The position numbers and the translations under genes were made by a program. Positions 63,549 to 64,000 of a stretch of DNA of 64,000 nt are shown piece by piece (the stretch's first letter is position 1; each line of letters begins with the position of its first letter). This DNA comes from an uncultured Planctomycetaceae bacterium. Its GTDB lineage: Bacteria; Planctomycetota; Phycisphaerae; UBA1845; UTPLA1. The notes beneath the pieces are model-generated. The model worked only from the letters and a program-made list of their open reading frames with translations. It did not search any database and was not told the origin of the DNA. Location: contig CAZSBF010000005.1 of the NCBI GenBank assembly GCA_964605185.1, positions 3,625 to 67,624 of the forward strand. Direction: 5' to 3'.

Positions 63549-63666
63549 CCGGGAATCCTTTCCCGCGCACTCCCTGACCCCATCGGGGTTAAGGAACCCA
63601 GCCCGGGGTTGGGCAAAGCCCTACCCCGGGAATCCATCTACCACCCAACTCAACCCCATCGGGGTT
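63549..63666 (+). repeat. imperfect 77-nt-period direct repeat flanking an 8-bp hairpin
   Basis: Unit A is 63549-63590 and unit B is 63626-63666. Both start CCGGGAATCC and end ACCCCATCGGGGTT. Between them lies CCCGGGGT-(13 nt)-ACCCCGGG (63602-63630). Confidence 0.6.
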
Positions 63667-64000
63667 GCGGAATGCTTCACCCGGCACATATTCCCCCGCC
63701 TCCCATCATTTCACAGGTCGTTTTCATTCCCCATCCGTATTTATTACAATCACCCACGAATCGGGCCGGACTCACCGGTCATGCGTCACGTCACCTTGAA
63801 AGGTGATCATGAAATGCGCGCCCTCGCAATCACCTGCCTTGGCCTGTTGCGTCTCTCGGCTCAAAACATTCATGTTCGTAACCCTTGTAGATGGGCACGA
63901 CGAGCTGTATACTAATTCTGCTGAGTTACACGGCTCAATCGTGCGATTCTTCACCCCGGCAGTGGTTCCAGCCACGTCAGGGCACTTGTAAAAAAGGTCG

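Noticed and set aside
63354-63806. 150-aa plus-strand ORF and 64-aa minus-strand ORF (63443..63637) over the repeat region
   Set aside because: Both run through the direct-repeat and hairpin region with Pro/Gly/Arg-rich sequence, no start context and no domain. They are treated as non-coding repeat DNA.
63803-63991. 62-aa plus-strand ORF at the window end
   Set aside because: It is short, with no RBS or motif. An alternative 33-codon frame looks equally plausible or implausible. The evidence is insufficient.

Overview
High-GC (about 60% or more, judged by eye) bacterial chromosomal segment that is densely coding on both strands. The gene content suggests a PVC-group organism, probably Planctomycetota; this is an inference. 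The supporting features are a 1337-aa SecA, thrombospondin-type-3 Asp-repeat lipoproteins, CxxC-GYDL-x-G-x5-6-CPECG zinc-ribbon membrane proteins and many weak or absent SD sites.

The backbone is housekeeping:
- glmU-like, prs, ctc and pth, then rpsF-ssb-rpsR-rplI-dnaB.
- glnS and gltX, thyA-folA, secA, waaA and clpS.
- rex-nuoB-nuoC and an isolated sdhB-like gene.
- Amino-acid catabolism genes kynU, hppD and pruA.
- A complete PHA locus: phaR, phasin, phaE/R-like, phaC class III-like and a reductase.
- etfA plus a membrane Fe-S oxidoreductase.
- tRNA-Gln(TTG) and tRNA-Pro(CGG).

No rRNA, CRISPR array, transposase, integrase or prophage genes were seen.

Four small lower-GC inserts interrupt the backbone:
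- A HEPN-like gene plus an unknown partner wedged inside the ETF operon. This is the best candidate for something undescribed.
- A vapBC module whose stop overlaps the start of a GH31 gene.
- A MORN/YwqK-like gene followed by a DUF4258-like / YgiT-zinc-finger pair next to direct repeats.
- Three orphan low-GC membrane or lipoprotein genes.

Other unexplained signals:
- A 376-nt non-coding, apparently structured interval upstream of tRNA-Gln.
- A six-copy REP-like GC hairpin family.
- A tandem repeat in the secA leader.
- A Cys-rich insertion in SecA.
- An operon of three secreted proteins of unknown function.

All calls rest on reading the translated ORFs and the DNA by eye. No database search was run.
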